Below are positions 11,152 through 21,844 of a DNA stretch of 64,000 nt, one piece after another. Source of the stretch: an uncultured Methanoregulaceae archaeon (GTDB taxonomy: Archaea > Halobacteriota > Methanomicrobia > Methanomicrobiales > Methanospirillaceae); NCBI GenBank assembly GCA_963701095.1, contig OY969564.1, positions 896,001 through 960,000 on the forward strand, written 5' to 3'. The first letter of the stretch is position 1, and each line of letters starts with the position of its first letter. Below the pieces are notes generated by a model. It had not been told where the DNA came from. It saw only the letters and a list, made by a program, of their open reading frames with translations, and searched no databases. Position numbers and translations under genes: made by a program.

Positions 11152-11314
11152 ACCTTCTTCTTTAGGCAGGCATGATCAAAAAATCTTCATATAACAAGAA
11201 GCAAATGATTACATGCCTTCGGGCGGGACCGGTCTGTCATCCCTTCTGAAGTTGGCAGACCTTTCCTTAACATTTTAAAATTCCTTCTTTCTAATTAAAT
11301 CTTCTCAATTGTAT

Positions 11315-11333
11315 AGTTTCAAAAAATGAAACT
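11315..11333. promoter_or_regulatory. Palindromic candidate operator AGTTTCA-N5-TGAAACT (copy 1)
   Basis: Perfect 7-bp inverted repeat. The same 18-mer recurs at 12221. Confidence 0.6.
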
Positions 11334-11560
11334 TTCATGAAGTTATTTATACAAATAAGGAAAAATGTCTCTATAGAAAACCTCATTAATAAATTAAGCT
11401 AATAATCGCGAACATAATTTTAGAGATTTTTGTAAAGAAACAATTTTATTTTGAATTCTTTGATCTACGCTTGGAATTTCCTAGATTTCGGGGATTCTCG
11501 AAACTTTTTTTCAGGATGGGAAAACCCAAATATCAAAATAAGTCGAAAATCGAGAGATCT

Positions 11561-12028
11561 CTACTTTACAACAATTTTTAGATCAAACGGTAGCACGGAG
11601 GTTTTTCTTCCCGGAAATTGGAGATCAGCATGAATTGTCTGTAAACCACTTTCATTTATGGTGAAATTCCATCTATCTACACCTCTTCCCATTCCGGGCC
11701 TCGCTGTTGGACTCCCATTATCATCATACCAGATTGAGCTCTCATCAAGAATTTGAAGTCCGGGACTTGCTTTAATGGCCCAAACTCCACCAAGTCTTGA
11801 AAAGCCTGCAGTCAACTCGATTATGAACGAGCTATTCATTTCGGCACAGATCACGGCATTGTTCTGCGTTTCGTTAATTATCATAGTTTGTCCTGATACT
11901 AACGATTCTGAACATTTCACAGGGAACAGATCTATATTCGGAGTTCCATACCAAAGGCAGATGGCTAAGAGTATAAATATGAATACAACGCCCCCAATTA
12001 TTAGAAATTCTGATTTTTTTTCACTCAC
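11561..12028 (-). CDS. Membrane-anchored chagasin/I42 inhibitor-like protein (divergent)
   Basis: N-terminal TM segment. The INETQNN..FIIEL..W..SPGLQIL..PGMGRG..WNF pattern resembles I42, but the NPTTGY loop is not conserved. Confidence 0.55.
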   Translation of the reverse strand: MSEKKSEFLIIGGVVFIFILLAICLWYGTPNIDLFPVKCSESLVSGQTMIINETQNNAVICAEMNSSFIIELTAGFSRLGGVWAIKASPGLQILDESSIWYDDNGSPTARPGMGRGVDRWNFTINESGLQTIHADLQFPGRKTSVLPFDLKIVVK

Positions 12029-12220
12029 GATTACAAATCACCTATTTTTGTTTTTCGTTTTTATCGCTAGAACGTTGCAAATAGTACCCCAACACTAATT
12101 TTTCCATCCCGAAAACCCTATCCCACTCATATTTCACTAATTCCGGGGAGAGACAAAACTTATGCAAGACATATTTGTTTTTGATATATGAGTATTTTGA
12201 AATATATAGTTACGGTGAAT

Positions 12221-12238
12221 GTTTCAAAAAATGAAACT
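12221..12238. promoter_or_regulatory. Palindromic candidate operator GTTTCA-N5-TGAAAC (copy 2)
   Basis: GTTTCAAAAAATGAAACT, identical to 11316-11333. Confidence 0.6.
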
Positions 12239-12539
12239 AGTATGGACCTATAGAAAATCAAGGAAAAAATTATAGTAACTCCTAAAAATATTATTGAATA
12301 AAATGGAGGTGTAACCAAATATTGTAATATCCCGAATTCATTTCACTCGGATGTTGCTCAGAACCACTCCTTTAAATGGGATTTAGGATTTGTGAAAATA
12401 ATTGATTTTCATTAAAAGGAAAACGTAAAATCACAATTTTGGAAAATCTCCGGTGTCACTATAAAAATTTATACAGAAATCGGCTCAACTCAAACTCAAA
12501 TCGTTGCCATTGATATAAAACTTAAATTTTTTATTATTT

Positions 12540-15122
12540 TTAATTTATTGCAGTCCCATTCGTTACTGCTGATTCCGGTACCTCAAATGTTGTGCTGGTA
12601 CCCTCGATCTGATAGGGACCGGTGGCTTTTACCGGGTACGGGTTGTCGCTCCCGGTAGCATACGGAACGATAAATGCACCGTTCACGCTTGCCTGCCGGT
12701 AGGTGAAATTTCTTCCCTGGTTGGTAACGAGCGGGATCTCGATGATACCGTTCCCGTTGATCCGGGCACCATTGACGTATTCAAATATTTTCACGTACTT
12801 CACATCGCTGGTATTGGTGGAAAGTGAGGTGGTCGGCGATTCGTAGATGAGCCGGTAATGCTGGAGAGCAGGAACATCGGTGATCGGAGAGACGGGGGAG
12901 GTGCTGAGCACGACTGCATGGTAACCGGCTGCCTGGGGGTTCTGGTTATACTGGTCGGCCTTTGTGACAGCCTCACTCGCGTTCATCGCTTCCGCATCAG
13001 TCATAACCGGGTAGTTTTCCTGGGTAATGGACGGATCAGCATATGTTACATAATATGCGGTTGTGGCCGGGGCCATGGAGCCATCGAAGTTGTGGAGCCT
13101 TGAGATCATCGTATCATAGTATGCATTTTGGTTCAGGAGATCGGTGCTATAACCGCTCCCTGACTGCGAAGGCACGAGGATCGGCATCTGGTAGGGTGCA
13201 GTCGCTGCTGTTTCATTGAACCACGTAGCCATCGCCCAGAATTTGCCGGTATCCATCTCGACATCGGTAATCACATACCGGGTGCGGTCATGATCGAGGA
13301 TCGTGTTTGCTGTCGACTCATTGGTTGTCATGAAGTACGCGGCAGCGCCATCAGAACCGGTGACTCCTGCCTGGAAGGGATTGGCATTGGGCATCCGGTG
13401 GGCGATATACAAAATCATATGCCCGTAATCCCACCAGGACATGATCCCGTACGCGGTGGGCGGGTAGTGGAACGTCGTGGGGTTATAGATGGTATAATAA
13501 TCCACGCCGGTATCCGGGGTACTGTTACCGAGCCATTCGAGTGCCAGCTGCCAGTCGCCATTCACCTGGTTTACGCCGGCGGATCCTATCTCGTAATTAT
13601 AGGTTAACGATGTGTACACAAAGAGGAGACCCAGAACAAGAACTATGGCCATAGCTGCTACGAGAAGAGGATCTACCCCGTGAGAACTGGTCGCAGCCTT
13701 TTTCTGTTTCTTACCTTTGTGGTGTTCATCTGTTTCTTTTGGACCTTCGGTGTGTGCAAAGCCCGAAAACAGCATGCGGAGATTCGGCCACCCTTTCTCG
13801 AAAACGAAATGGATGCACACGGCGGAAAGAAGCGCTATGACGACGGCGAGATAATACTCGTACCGGACATGCTGGCAGGTCGCAAAGAGAATGATAAGTG
13901 CCCAGACCATAGCAAAAATTTCCTGGGGACGTTCTTCACGGTAATTGTTATAGAGCGTGACACAAATCCCCCCGGCCATAAGGAGAAGCCCGTAGTTAAA
14001 CGATGCCCACGCTTCTGTAAGAGTCCAGGCCCGGGCATCCATCACGGTCTGGGTCACGGCGGCCTGCCCGAAAAACGCGTAGAGCGAAGTGACAAACAGA
14101 TTAAAAAGCTGCGGGGCTGCAACAAAGAGTATCCCCACAAAAACGAGCCCGCAGCCGATAATGGATAACGGGTACCAGGAGCATTTCTTGTCTTTAAGGT
14201 ACCGGGCGAGAATATACAGAAATGCCGTACCAGCTATCAGGGATACAAAGCAATACACAAGACCGACGGAATAGGTCGAGAGGTCCATACCCGGGCTTTT
14301 GAACCCGAACACGAGGAGGCCGACGGTTGCTATGGCAAAAATGATACTGTTTGCAATCAGCAGGTACTCGCTTGACCTTCCACGGCAGAAATCGAACACG
14401 AACTGGACAAGGGTGAATACACCGACGATCAGGGCAAACAGGATCATCGTTGGCATCATGAAGAGGCCAAGAAGGTACACGATACCGGCAAGCACGGATA
14501 AAAAGGCAATTTTTCGCCAGGTACTAAAATCCAAAAGATTAATTCTGGTCCCTTTTTCGGCGAGCAGGATATACAGATACGCAAGACAGAACAGGGTGGA
14601 AAAAACCACCTCACCGTCGCGATGGTTGAAATACCCGTACAGGGAATAGAGGAAAAATGTTCCCGATACGACTGCTGTAAAACCGGATGCAAGAAGACCG
14701 GTCTTCCAGTCACCGAACGCTTTACCGACATAATACATCAGGGCAACAGTCACCGCTGCAAACAGGGGGGTGATCAGAAGACAGGTTCCGATAATCTCGG
14801 GCCGGGTAACTGCCCCGGTGAGTGTACAGGCAATATCTGCAATAATAATAGTTAACGGACCCCAATAGAGGGAGGTACCCACCGGGAAATAGGTCATCGG
14901 GTCAAACCAGGTATACTGGAAATGGTTTGCCAGCGAGAGTTCGACAAGCCGTAAATCATACTGGGGGTCGTCGCTTGCCACCATGGAAAGGATATCGGTA
15001 TGGCCCATGGTAAGCATGGGGATAAGGCGGAGCCAGAGGGCAACAATAATAAAAAAGCCAACCAGGCCGATAACCAACCATTTTTTACGATCGTTAAAGA
15101 ATGTTAACTTCACTACCATCAC
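12540..15122 (-). CDS. aglB: Oligosaccharyltransferase AglB (STT3 family)
   Basis: Polytopic N-terminal half, WWDYG motif, NPFQAG, and a DxxMxxxKF-type helix. Confidence 0.95.
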   Translation of the reverse strand: MMVVKLTFFNDRKKWLVIGLVGFFIIVALWLRLIPMLTMGHTDILSMVASDDPQYDLRLVELSLANHFQYTWFDPMTYFPVGTSLYWGPLTIIIADIACTLTGAVTRPEIIGTCLLITPLFAAVTVALMYYVGKAFGDWKTGLLASGFTAVVSGTFFLYSLYGYFNHRDGEVVFSTLFCLAYLYILLAEKGTRINLLDFSTWRKIAFLSVLAGIVYLLGLFMMPTMILFALIVGVFTLVQFVFDFCRGRSSEYLLIANSIIFAIATVGLLVFGFKSPGMDLSTYSVGLVYCFVSLIAGTAFLYILARYLKDKKCSWYPLSIIGCGLVFVGILFVAAPQLFNLFVTSLYAFFGQAAVTQTVMDARAWTLTEAWASFNYGLLLMAGGICVTLYNNYREERPQEIFAMVWALIILFATCQHVRYEYYLAVVIALLSAVCIHFVFEKGWPNLRMLFSGFAHTEGPKETDEHHKGKKQKKAATSSHGVDPLLVAAMAIVLVLGLLFVYTSLTYNYEIGSAGVNQVNGDWQLALEWLGNSTPDTGVDYYTIYNPTTFHYPPTAYGIMSWWDYGHMILYIAHRMPNANPFQAGVTGSDGAAAYFMTTNESTANTILDHDRTRYVITDVEMDTGKFWAMATWFNETAATAPYQMPILVPSQSGSGYSTDLLNQNAYYDTMISRLHNFDGSMAPATTAYYVTYADPSITQENYPVMTDAEAMNASEAVTKADQYNQNPQAAGYHAVVLSTSPVSPITDVPALQHYRLIYESPTTSLSTNTSDVKYVKIFEYVNGARINGNGIIEIPLVTNQGRNFTYRQASVNGAFIVPYATGSDNPYPVKATGPYQIEGTSTTFEVPESAVTNGTAIN

Positions 15123-15178
15123 GTTCGCTACAGTTGATAGTACTATTCCCTTTCAAGAATCATGAACGCATCGGCAGT

Positions 15179-15463
15179 TCAGGTGCGGGGCATCTTACGC
15201 CGGGCAAGTAGTTCCCCTTTTCTGGTGAGACGGTACTGCACCGGAAGCATGGAACGGTTCTTGTCGGTGCACGAAGGACACAATGCGCAGGACCCGCATG
15301 CTCCCCCTTCCGGCATACAATCCTCTCCCCGGGTAATGTATCCCTGGCGCTCCAGGAAGAAAAGACGATTTTTCAGCTGTTCCGGCGAAAGACCGACACT
15401 CGCGGCAAGCTCAGGAGTCGAATAACTACCTTCACTGATCTTCTGCAGGATAGATGCGATCAT
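15179..15463 (-). CDS. FeoC-like winged-helix protein with a Cys cluster
   Basis: wHTH followed by C-x6-CxxCxxCxxC. Last gene of the feo operon. Confidence 0.75.
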   Translation of the reverse strand: MIASILQKISEGSYSTPELAASVGLSPEQLKNRLFFLERQGYITRGEDCMPEGGACGSCALCPSCTDKNRSMLPVQYRLTRKGELLARRKMPRT

Positions 15464-15475
15464 GAGCCACCGTAG

Positions 15476-15916
15476 TTACGTAGGTATAATATCCGCGATA
15501 AAGCCACGTCCCCATGCGGCAAACCCGACAAGGGAGAAGACAGCGAGATAGAGCATCGGGACAATCATCTGTGACACGGACCAGGTGGTCTTTCCCTCCC
15601 TAAAGACAATCGTGTCAATACCCACTGCCCCGAGATCGAGGAGAATAATCAGGCCAAACGCCACGGAAAGAAGCATTCCCACGTACAGGAAGGCTTCCCC
15701 CCCGGCAATGCGGGCACGTATCTCTTGTGCACCGACGATAAACACCGCACCTATGACCCAGAGGACAAAACCGGAAACGATATCTGACGGGATCAGGTAA
15801 GCTGCGAGGATACGGGCAAATTCCGGTTCGAGTGCCGAGAGGATCTGGAGCGTGCCACACAGGCAATACAAAAAGCCCACTATCCAGGAGAAGATTTCTT
15901 TGTGCACCATGGACAT
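15476..15916 (-). CDS. Four-TM membrane protein in the feo operon
   Basis: Hydrophobic ORF starting immediately after the feoB stop. Confidence 0.75.
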   Translation of the reverse strand: MSMVHKEIFSWIVGFLYCLCGTLQILSALEPEFARILAAYLIPSDIVSGFVLWVIGAVFIVGAQEIRARIAGGEAFLYVGMLLSVAFGLIILLDLGAVGIDTIVFREGKTTWSVSQMIVPMLYLAVFSLVGFAAWGRGFIADIIPT

Positions 15917-15917
15917 A

Positions 15918-17918
15918 TCAGGAACCTCCTACGATGAACGCACCCACATGAGCCACGATGAAGGCAACGATATAGGCGACCGTAAGCCCGTAGACAACAG
16001 AAAACCCGGTCCACCGCCACGAACCCGTCTCTTTTTTAATGACTGCGAGTGAGGACATGCACGGCAGGTACAGGAGCACAAAGACCATGATGGTCAGTGC
16101 CGTTACCGGGCCAAGCGACGGATCCTGGAGCAGGGCATGACTGAGTGCGCCGCCACTGGTGCCGACCCCGTACAGGACACCGAGCGATCCGATCACGACT
16201 TCTTTTGCAACGAGGCCAAAGAGAAGAGCGACCGAGATCTGCCAGCCAAACCCGAGTGGTTGCACGAGCGGCTGGAGCAGGTGGCCGATCACGCCGGCAT
16301 AGCTCGCCGGGCCCCCAAACTGAACGCCCCAGGGAAACGAGGCAAGGCCCCAAACAACGATGGCGACCCCAAAAATAACCCCGCTTGCTTTCCGGAGGTA
16401 CATCGATCCGCGATCCCACATATGGATTAATGACGTTTTAACGGTCGGGAGACGGTATGGGGGCATCTCCATCAAAAACGGCGCCGGTTTACCCGGGAGG
16501 ATCGTCATCCGGAACAGCTTTGCCGACAGGATCGCTATCACGATACCAAGGATATACAAGCCGAATATAACAGTCCCGGCGTTGTTGGGGAAAAAGGCGC
16601 CGGCAAAGAGGATATACACCGGAAGCCTGGCCCCACAGGAGATAAAAGGGTTGACCAGGATCGTGATCAACCGGTCTTTTTTGTCGTCAATGGTTCGGGT
16701 TGCCATGATTGCCGGGACGTTGCAGCCAAACCCGATCAGCATGGGAATAAACGATTTGCCGGGAAGACCGATGGAATACATCAGCCGGTCCATAATAAAC
16801 GCTGCACGGGCTAGATACCCGCTGTCTTCAAGGATCGCAAGGATCAGGATCAGGATGAAAATGTTGGGCACAAACGAGAGAACGGTTCCCACGCCGCCAA
16901 TGATACCGTCCCGGATAAACGAGGCAAACCAAGCCTGTCCTATCCCCGCGGTAACGGCTGAACCAAGAATACTCATGCCCGCAAGAATCGCCGCGGTAAA
17001 AGGTGCGGCAACAGCAAACGTGAGTTCAAACGCACCCCACATCAACGCAAGGAAAATGGGAATACCAAGGTACCGGTTGGTGACAACCCGGTCGATGAGA
17101 TCAGATGCCGTCAGGTCCTTGACACAGGTAACACAGATCTGGGGAAGAATTGCGGAAATCACTTCATACCGGCGGTCGGCCATGGTGGCTTCATAGTCCA
17201 GGGAATCGAGGGTTAAAAGAACGGTTTCCACATCTTTCTGGATTGGACTTCCCCTGATCTTCTCCCTGGCATTCTCATCCCCTTCCAGGAGCCGGATGGC
17301 AAGCCACCGGGCAGGGTACCGGGCAGTGAGTGCTGTATCCCGGTCGATGACCTCGCAGAGCTGTGCAATTACCTTTTCCGTTTCCGTGCCGTACCCGATG
17401 GAATGTTCATGGTGCGGGGACGTTTCTGCCTCTTGTATGGCTGCATCGAGCAGTTCAGAAATGCCCTCTCCACGGCTTCCCGCAGTCCTGACAATGGGGA
17501 TCTCCAGGTATTCCTCCATTTTACGGGTATTGATCCGGTCCCCCCGCGTGTCAGACATATCAGACATGTTGAGGGCGATCACCACCGGTGTTCCTATTTC
17601 CAGGAGCTGGGTGGTGAGGTAGAGGTTGCGTTCGAGATTGGTTGAGTCCACGACATGGATGACAACATCTGGTTTTTCGTCAATAAGAAAATCCCGGGCG
17701 ATAACCTCATCGGCAGAATACGCTGTCAGGCTGTAGGTTCCCGGGAGATCAATTATTTCGATCGTATAGCCGCCATGCTCGACAGACCCGCTCTTCTTTT
17801 CGACGGTTACACCCGGCCAGTTCCCGACATGCTGGTGAGACCCGGTGATGGCATTAAAGAGCGTGCTTTTGCCGACGTTCGGATTGCCGGCAAGCGCTAT
17901 ACGGAGTGATTTTTTCAT
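15918..17918 (-). CDS. feoB: Ferrous iron transporter FeoB
   Basis: GNPNVGKS, VGNWPGVTVE, DLPGTYS and NMSD GTPase motifs. Membrane domain with GFGCNVPA and EMPPY. Confidence 0.98.
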   Translation of the reverse strand: MKKSLRIALAGNPNVGKSTLFNAITGSHQHVGNWPGVTVEKKSGSVEHGGYTIEIIDLPGTYSLTAYSADEVIARDFLIDEKPDVVIHVVDSTNLERNLYLTTQLLEIGTPVVIALNMSDMSDTRGDRINTRKMEEYLEIPIVRTAGSRGEGISELLDAAIQEAETSPHHEHSIGYGTETEKVIAQLCEVIDRDTALTARYPARWLAIRLLEGDENAREKIRGSPIQKDVETVLLTLDSLDYEATMADRRYEVISAILPQICVTCVKDLTASDLIDRVVTNRYLGIPIFLALMWGAFELTFAVAAPFTAAILAGMSILGSAVTAGIGQAWFASFIRDGIIGGVGTVLSFVPNIFILILILAILEDSGYLARAAFIMDRLMYSIGLPGKSFIPMLIGFGCNVPAIMATRTIDDKKDRLITILVNPFISCGARLPVYILFAGAFFPNNAGTVIFGLYILGIVIAILSAKLFRMTILPGKPAPFLMEMPPYRLPTVKTSLIHMWDRGSMYLRKASGVIFGVAIVVWGLASFPWGVQFGGPASYAGVIGHLLQPLVQPLGFGWQISVALLFGLVAKEVVIGSLGVLYGVGTSGGALSHALLQDPSLGPVTALTIMVFVLLYLPCMSSLAVIKKETGSWRWTGFSVVYGLTVAYIVAFIVAHVGAFIVGGS

Positions 17919-17937
17919 TATGTATCTGCCTGTCTTG

Positions 17938-18662
17938 TCACGCCTGATCAGATTTTACGGTTATAAACCGGGCTTCATCTTTCCTGAGGGAAAGGTGGTA
18001 CCCCCGGACCATGTATTCGACCGGATCGCCCATAGGAGCGGTCCGTATTACGTGAATTTCTGTACCGGGGTGATCCCCATGGCAAGGAGCCGCTGCCGGA
18101 ACGGTCCCCGCGGGGGAACCGCTACGATCCGGCACCGGGCCGGCGGTTTGATCGTGTCAAGGGTCGTTGTGTTTGCCGTCGGCGATACTGCATCCCGTAC
18201 AACAGGAGCCGTGGCAGTTTCCGCTTCAGTCCTGCATGCTGCACAGTGCGTGATACCTTTGTCACACGGACTTATCGGGCTCCCGTGCGGGCAGTGCGAC
18301 GGCGCCTCGAGCATCTTACAAAGGGCACATTCGGTTTCTGCGGATATCGCATGCTCCATCCGGCATGCCTCATCATGCACGTTTTCACGCCGGATCTTGA
18401 GGACGTCGGTTAAGAACACCTCGAGGAGCCGGTGCCGGCGCTTGATCTTTTCAGCAATTACCCTGCCGGTTTCCGTAAGGCTTGCTCCCCGGTACGGTTC
18501 ATAATGTATGAGGTTTTTCTCTGAAAGGCTCTGGAGTTCTTCAGTCACACTTGCCGGAGCGACCTTGAGGCACTTTGCAATAGCATTGGTTTTTGCGGTG
18601 CCACTACTCCCGGCGATATCATAGATCGCTTCGAGATATTCCTCAACATGTTCCTGCGCCAT
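17938..18662 (-). CDS. DtxR/MntR-family metal repressor fused to FeoA (one indel near 18068)
   Basis: EEYLEAIY, RRHRLLEVFL, EACRMEH and CPHGSPI motifs. Adding one base in the run at 18065-18070 joins RLLAMGITP to GTEIHVIRTAPMGDPV (FeoA). Confidence 0.9.
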
Positions 18663-18673
18663 CCTGATCAATA

Positions 18674-18713
18674 TTAGGGTGCCCTAAATTATTAAATATT
18701 TAGGTTGACCAAA
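18674..18713 (-). promoter_or_regulatory. Two DtxR-type operators flanking a TATA box
   Basis: TTAGGGTGCCCTAA at 18674-18687 and TTAGGTTGACCAAA at 18700-18713, either side of a minus-strand TTTAATAA at 18689-18696. Confidence 0.75.
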
Positions 18714-18764
18714 AAATGCAGTAATACCACGTTTCAGGTTTTATCTACAAAAAATGAGAAAAAT

Positions 18765-19412
18765 TCAGGGTACACCCTGGAGCTTCATGAAAAAAGACCC
18801 CTGTGCATTCACGTAGTTTTCATCAGTCTCGTTTCCATACGCAACGGAGACCGCTATCCCATTATTATCGTCGACTTTATCATTCAGGTAAGAAATGGTG
18901 ATTGTGTCAGGTGAGGTGTTTACCAAAAAAGACCATGTGTTCATCCCGGTATAATTTTTCTGAACTACTGTGTACCCGGTATAACGGTCAAACCCACAAC
19001 ATCCGATTTTTTTAGGAGGGGATGGATCATAAGGACAGGGCCAGGCACATGTCGATCCTAAATTAAGGGAGAGAACTTCCATGGGAGGAAGGTTGGTAGA
19101 CCCGTTGATAAAGAACGGTCCGGTGTAATTGTCTTCTTCTCCGGGAAGAAGAGTAATATTCTTGAGGGGATCAATATGGATCCATAACGATTGGGCTGCA
19201 GATGTTGGTTCTGAAGACTGTTGGGTTATACCTGCAACCGGCGTTTGCTGAGGTGAGGTTACTGCTACTGACACGGTGGCATTTATTGCTGGTGCAGATT
19301 CGTTGGCTCCTTTAGGATTTATGCACGCGGAACTCATGATCAGAATTATTGTGACAACAAAAATTGCCACTGGCACGAACATTTTGATACGTTTTCCATG
19401 AAGCGACGTCAT
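18765..19412 (-). CDS. Putative lipoprotein or surface protein, domain paralogous to 10477-11151
   Basis: Hydrophobic signal ending SSAC, then WIHIDPL...FINGSTNLP...NTWSF. Confidence 0.75.
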   Translation of the reverse strand: MTSLHGKRIKMFVPVAIFVVTIILIMSSACINPKGANESAPAINATVSVAVTSPQQTPVAGITQQSSEPTSAAQSLWIHIDPLKNITLLPGEEDNYTGPFFINGSTNLPPMEVLSLNLGSTCAWPCPYDPSPPKKIGCCGFDRYTGYTVVQKNYTGMNTWSFLVNTSPDTITISYLNDKVDDNNGIAVSVAYGNETDENYVNAQGSFFMKLQGVP

Positions 19413-19725
19413 TAATGATTCACCGTTGGAGAAATTATTAGATTACCACTATTTTTCATGAAGGGGAAATACTTTGGGAAATCAGCTGAATAATCATTTC
19501 GTGAGATAAAAACAGCAGATAAAAAAAATTAAAGTGATTAGTGGGTTTATGAAAAAACAACGATTTCTGGAAAGGTCATTATTTCCTAATCCCGGTCAAA
19601 ATGCCGTTTCGATCAATAATCCTGATAAACATCGCAATCAAAGGACTACCAACAAATCCCGAAAAAGGCTGCATATTCCCATGCACCTGGCGGGCCTTTT
19701 GCGGCAGTACCAGGAGACACACACC

Positions 19726-20628
19726 ATGATCCTTGAGGAGTTTCTTGAAGAAGCAGGAACGGAAAAGAATCTTTTGAGGCTTATCCTCTTCCTGAGTGAA
19801 CAGGCAGCCGAAGTAAAAAAGGGTTTTCTCTCGACCTGCATGAACAAGGCAGAATGCAGTACCAAAAACATCTTCGGGGAAGACCAGAAACCTCTTGACA
19901 AGTACGCCGATGAAGTGTTCATCAACGCGCTTAAAGAATCACGGTTGGTCAAATATATCGCGACCGAAGAACAGGACCATGTGATCGAAGTTCCCGGCGC
20001 CAAAAACCATTTCGGCGTAGTTATTGACCCGCTTGATGGTTCCTCGCTTCTGGACGTTAATCTCTGTGTCGGTTCTATCATCGGCATCTATCCCGGCCAC
20101 GTCCTTGAAAAAGGATCGAAGATGATTGCCGCCCTCTATATGTTGTACGGACCGCTTACCCTGCTGACTTTTACCACAAAACACGGTGTCCACGAATTCA
20201 TCCAGCGCGAAGACGGTAAATTTGTCCTCCTTCACCGCGACCTGAAGATACCGGAGGGGAAGATCCACTCTCCGGGCGCACTCCGCAAGGACTACCTCGC
20301 ACCGCACGCCCAATGGATCAACCACCTGGAAAGTGAGGGGTACAAACTCCGGTTCAGCGGCTGTTTTGTTGCTGACGTTCATCAGATCCTCCATAAAGGT
20401 GGCGTGTTCACTTATCCCGGGACCAAAGGAAAAGAATTGGGAAAACTACGCCTCCTGTATGAGGCAAACCCGGTGGGTATGATCATTTGCGAGGCCGGAG
20501 GTGCAGTCAGTAACGGTCACACCGATTACCGGGAGATCATGCCTGCATCGATAGGACAGGTCACACCACTTTATATTGGCGGCAAAAAAGAGATCGCAAA
20601 GATTGAAAAATATATGAAGGAAGGATAA
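19726..20628 (+). CDS. fbp: Class I fructose-1,6-bisphosphatase (SBPase-like subtype)
   Basis: TEEQ, DPLDGSS, YGP and [11 protein letters not shown] motifs. AGGAG RBS precedes ATG 19726. Confidence 0.93.
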   Translation: MILEEFLEEAGTEKNLLRLILFLSEQAAEVKKGFLSTCMNKAECSTKNIFGEDQKPLDKYADEVFINALKESRLVKYIATEEQDHVIEVPGAKNHFGVVIDPLDGSSLLDVNLCVGSIIGIYPGHVLEKGSKMIAALYMLYGPLTLLTFTTKHGVHEFIQREDGKFVLLHRDLKIPEGKIHSPGALRKDYLAPHAQWINHLESEGYKLRFSGCFVADVHQILHKGGVFTYPGTKGKELGKLRLLYEANPVGMIICEAGGAVSNGHTDYREIMPASIGQVTPLYIGGKKEIAKIEKYMKEG

Positions 20629-20645
20629 GTACAGGGTGTACCATC

Positions 20646-21784
20646 ATGGACACGAAAACTTTTGGTCCTCTCCCCGGTTCAACTATTCTCACCGGGGTTT
20701 CCGGCAAAAAAGCCATTGTCATGGCCGCAAACGTCCGTATCGCCACGGTTGCGGAAGGTATTTTCAAGGCCGCAAAAGATTCCGATTCGGCGGTATTCAT
20801 GGAACTTGCCCGGTCTGAATCCGATCTTTCCGGCGGGTATACCGGGATGACGCCGCAGGTCTTTTCGGAAAAGATGCGGGCAGCTGCAAAAGCGACCGCA
20901 TGCGATATCTGGGCACTCCATGCCGATCATATCTCGATTAAAAAAGGGGATCCCGCCGAAATCGCCGGGACAAAGCAATTGATCGATGCACAGGTCAACG
21001 CCGGGTACACATCCTTTGCCATCGATGCCTCGCACCTTTTCAACTTCCAGGGAAAAAATGTCCGTGAGGAACTCGAGCTGAACATCAAGGCCACATCCGA
21101 GATTGCCCGGTATATCCGGCAGAAAATGAACGGCAGGGAATTTGGCCTTGAAGTTGAAGTAGGTGAGATCGGGAGAAAAGACACCGAAGGCCTGATCCTG
21201 ACAAAACCGGAGGAAGCCGTCGGATTTATCAAAGCTCTCAATGAAAACGATGTCTATCCTCATGTGATTGCCATAGCAAACGGCAGTTCGCACGGCCATT
21301 CCTACGACGCGAACGGGAATGTGGTCGAACAACTCTCGATCGATATCCCCCGGACACAGGAGATTGCAAAAGCACTCCGGGATAACCATCTCAACGTCGG
21401 GATAGCCCAGCATGGTATCACCGGAACCCCGCGGGATCTTATCAACCTGCATTTCCCCAAAGGAGATATCATCAAGGGAAATGTCGGTACATTCTGGCAG
21501 GATGTGGCGTTTGGCACCCTCAAAATCTACGAGCCTGCCCTGTACAAGGACATTATGGACTGGACCCTCGAGAATACCTGCCGGAAAATCCCAATAAAAA
21601 AGACAAGCAGATTATTGACGGTAACTGCAAAAACGCAATCAAAGTATTCTACAAAGAGATTTACGGCGTCGATGAAAAGACCAATAAAGCCATGCAGGCG
21701 ATGGCGTATGCCGAGAGTCTTGTCTTTTTCAGGGCATTTGGCGCATACGGTACCGCTTCAGCCATCCGGAAATCCCTGCACTGA
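20646..21784 (+). CDS. fba: Class II fructose-bisphosphate aldolase (one indel near 21574)
   Basis: LHADH, EVEVGEIG, GSSHG, QHGITG and KGNVGT motifs. Restoring one A gives LEKYLPENPNKKD...AIRKSLH*, ending at 21784. Confidence 0.88.
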
Positions 21785-21844
21785 TCCGGTCGGCTCCCCA
21801 ACCCTTTTTAGCATCCGGAAACGATTTCCTATTATTGAACGCGT

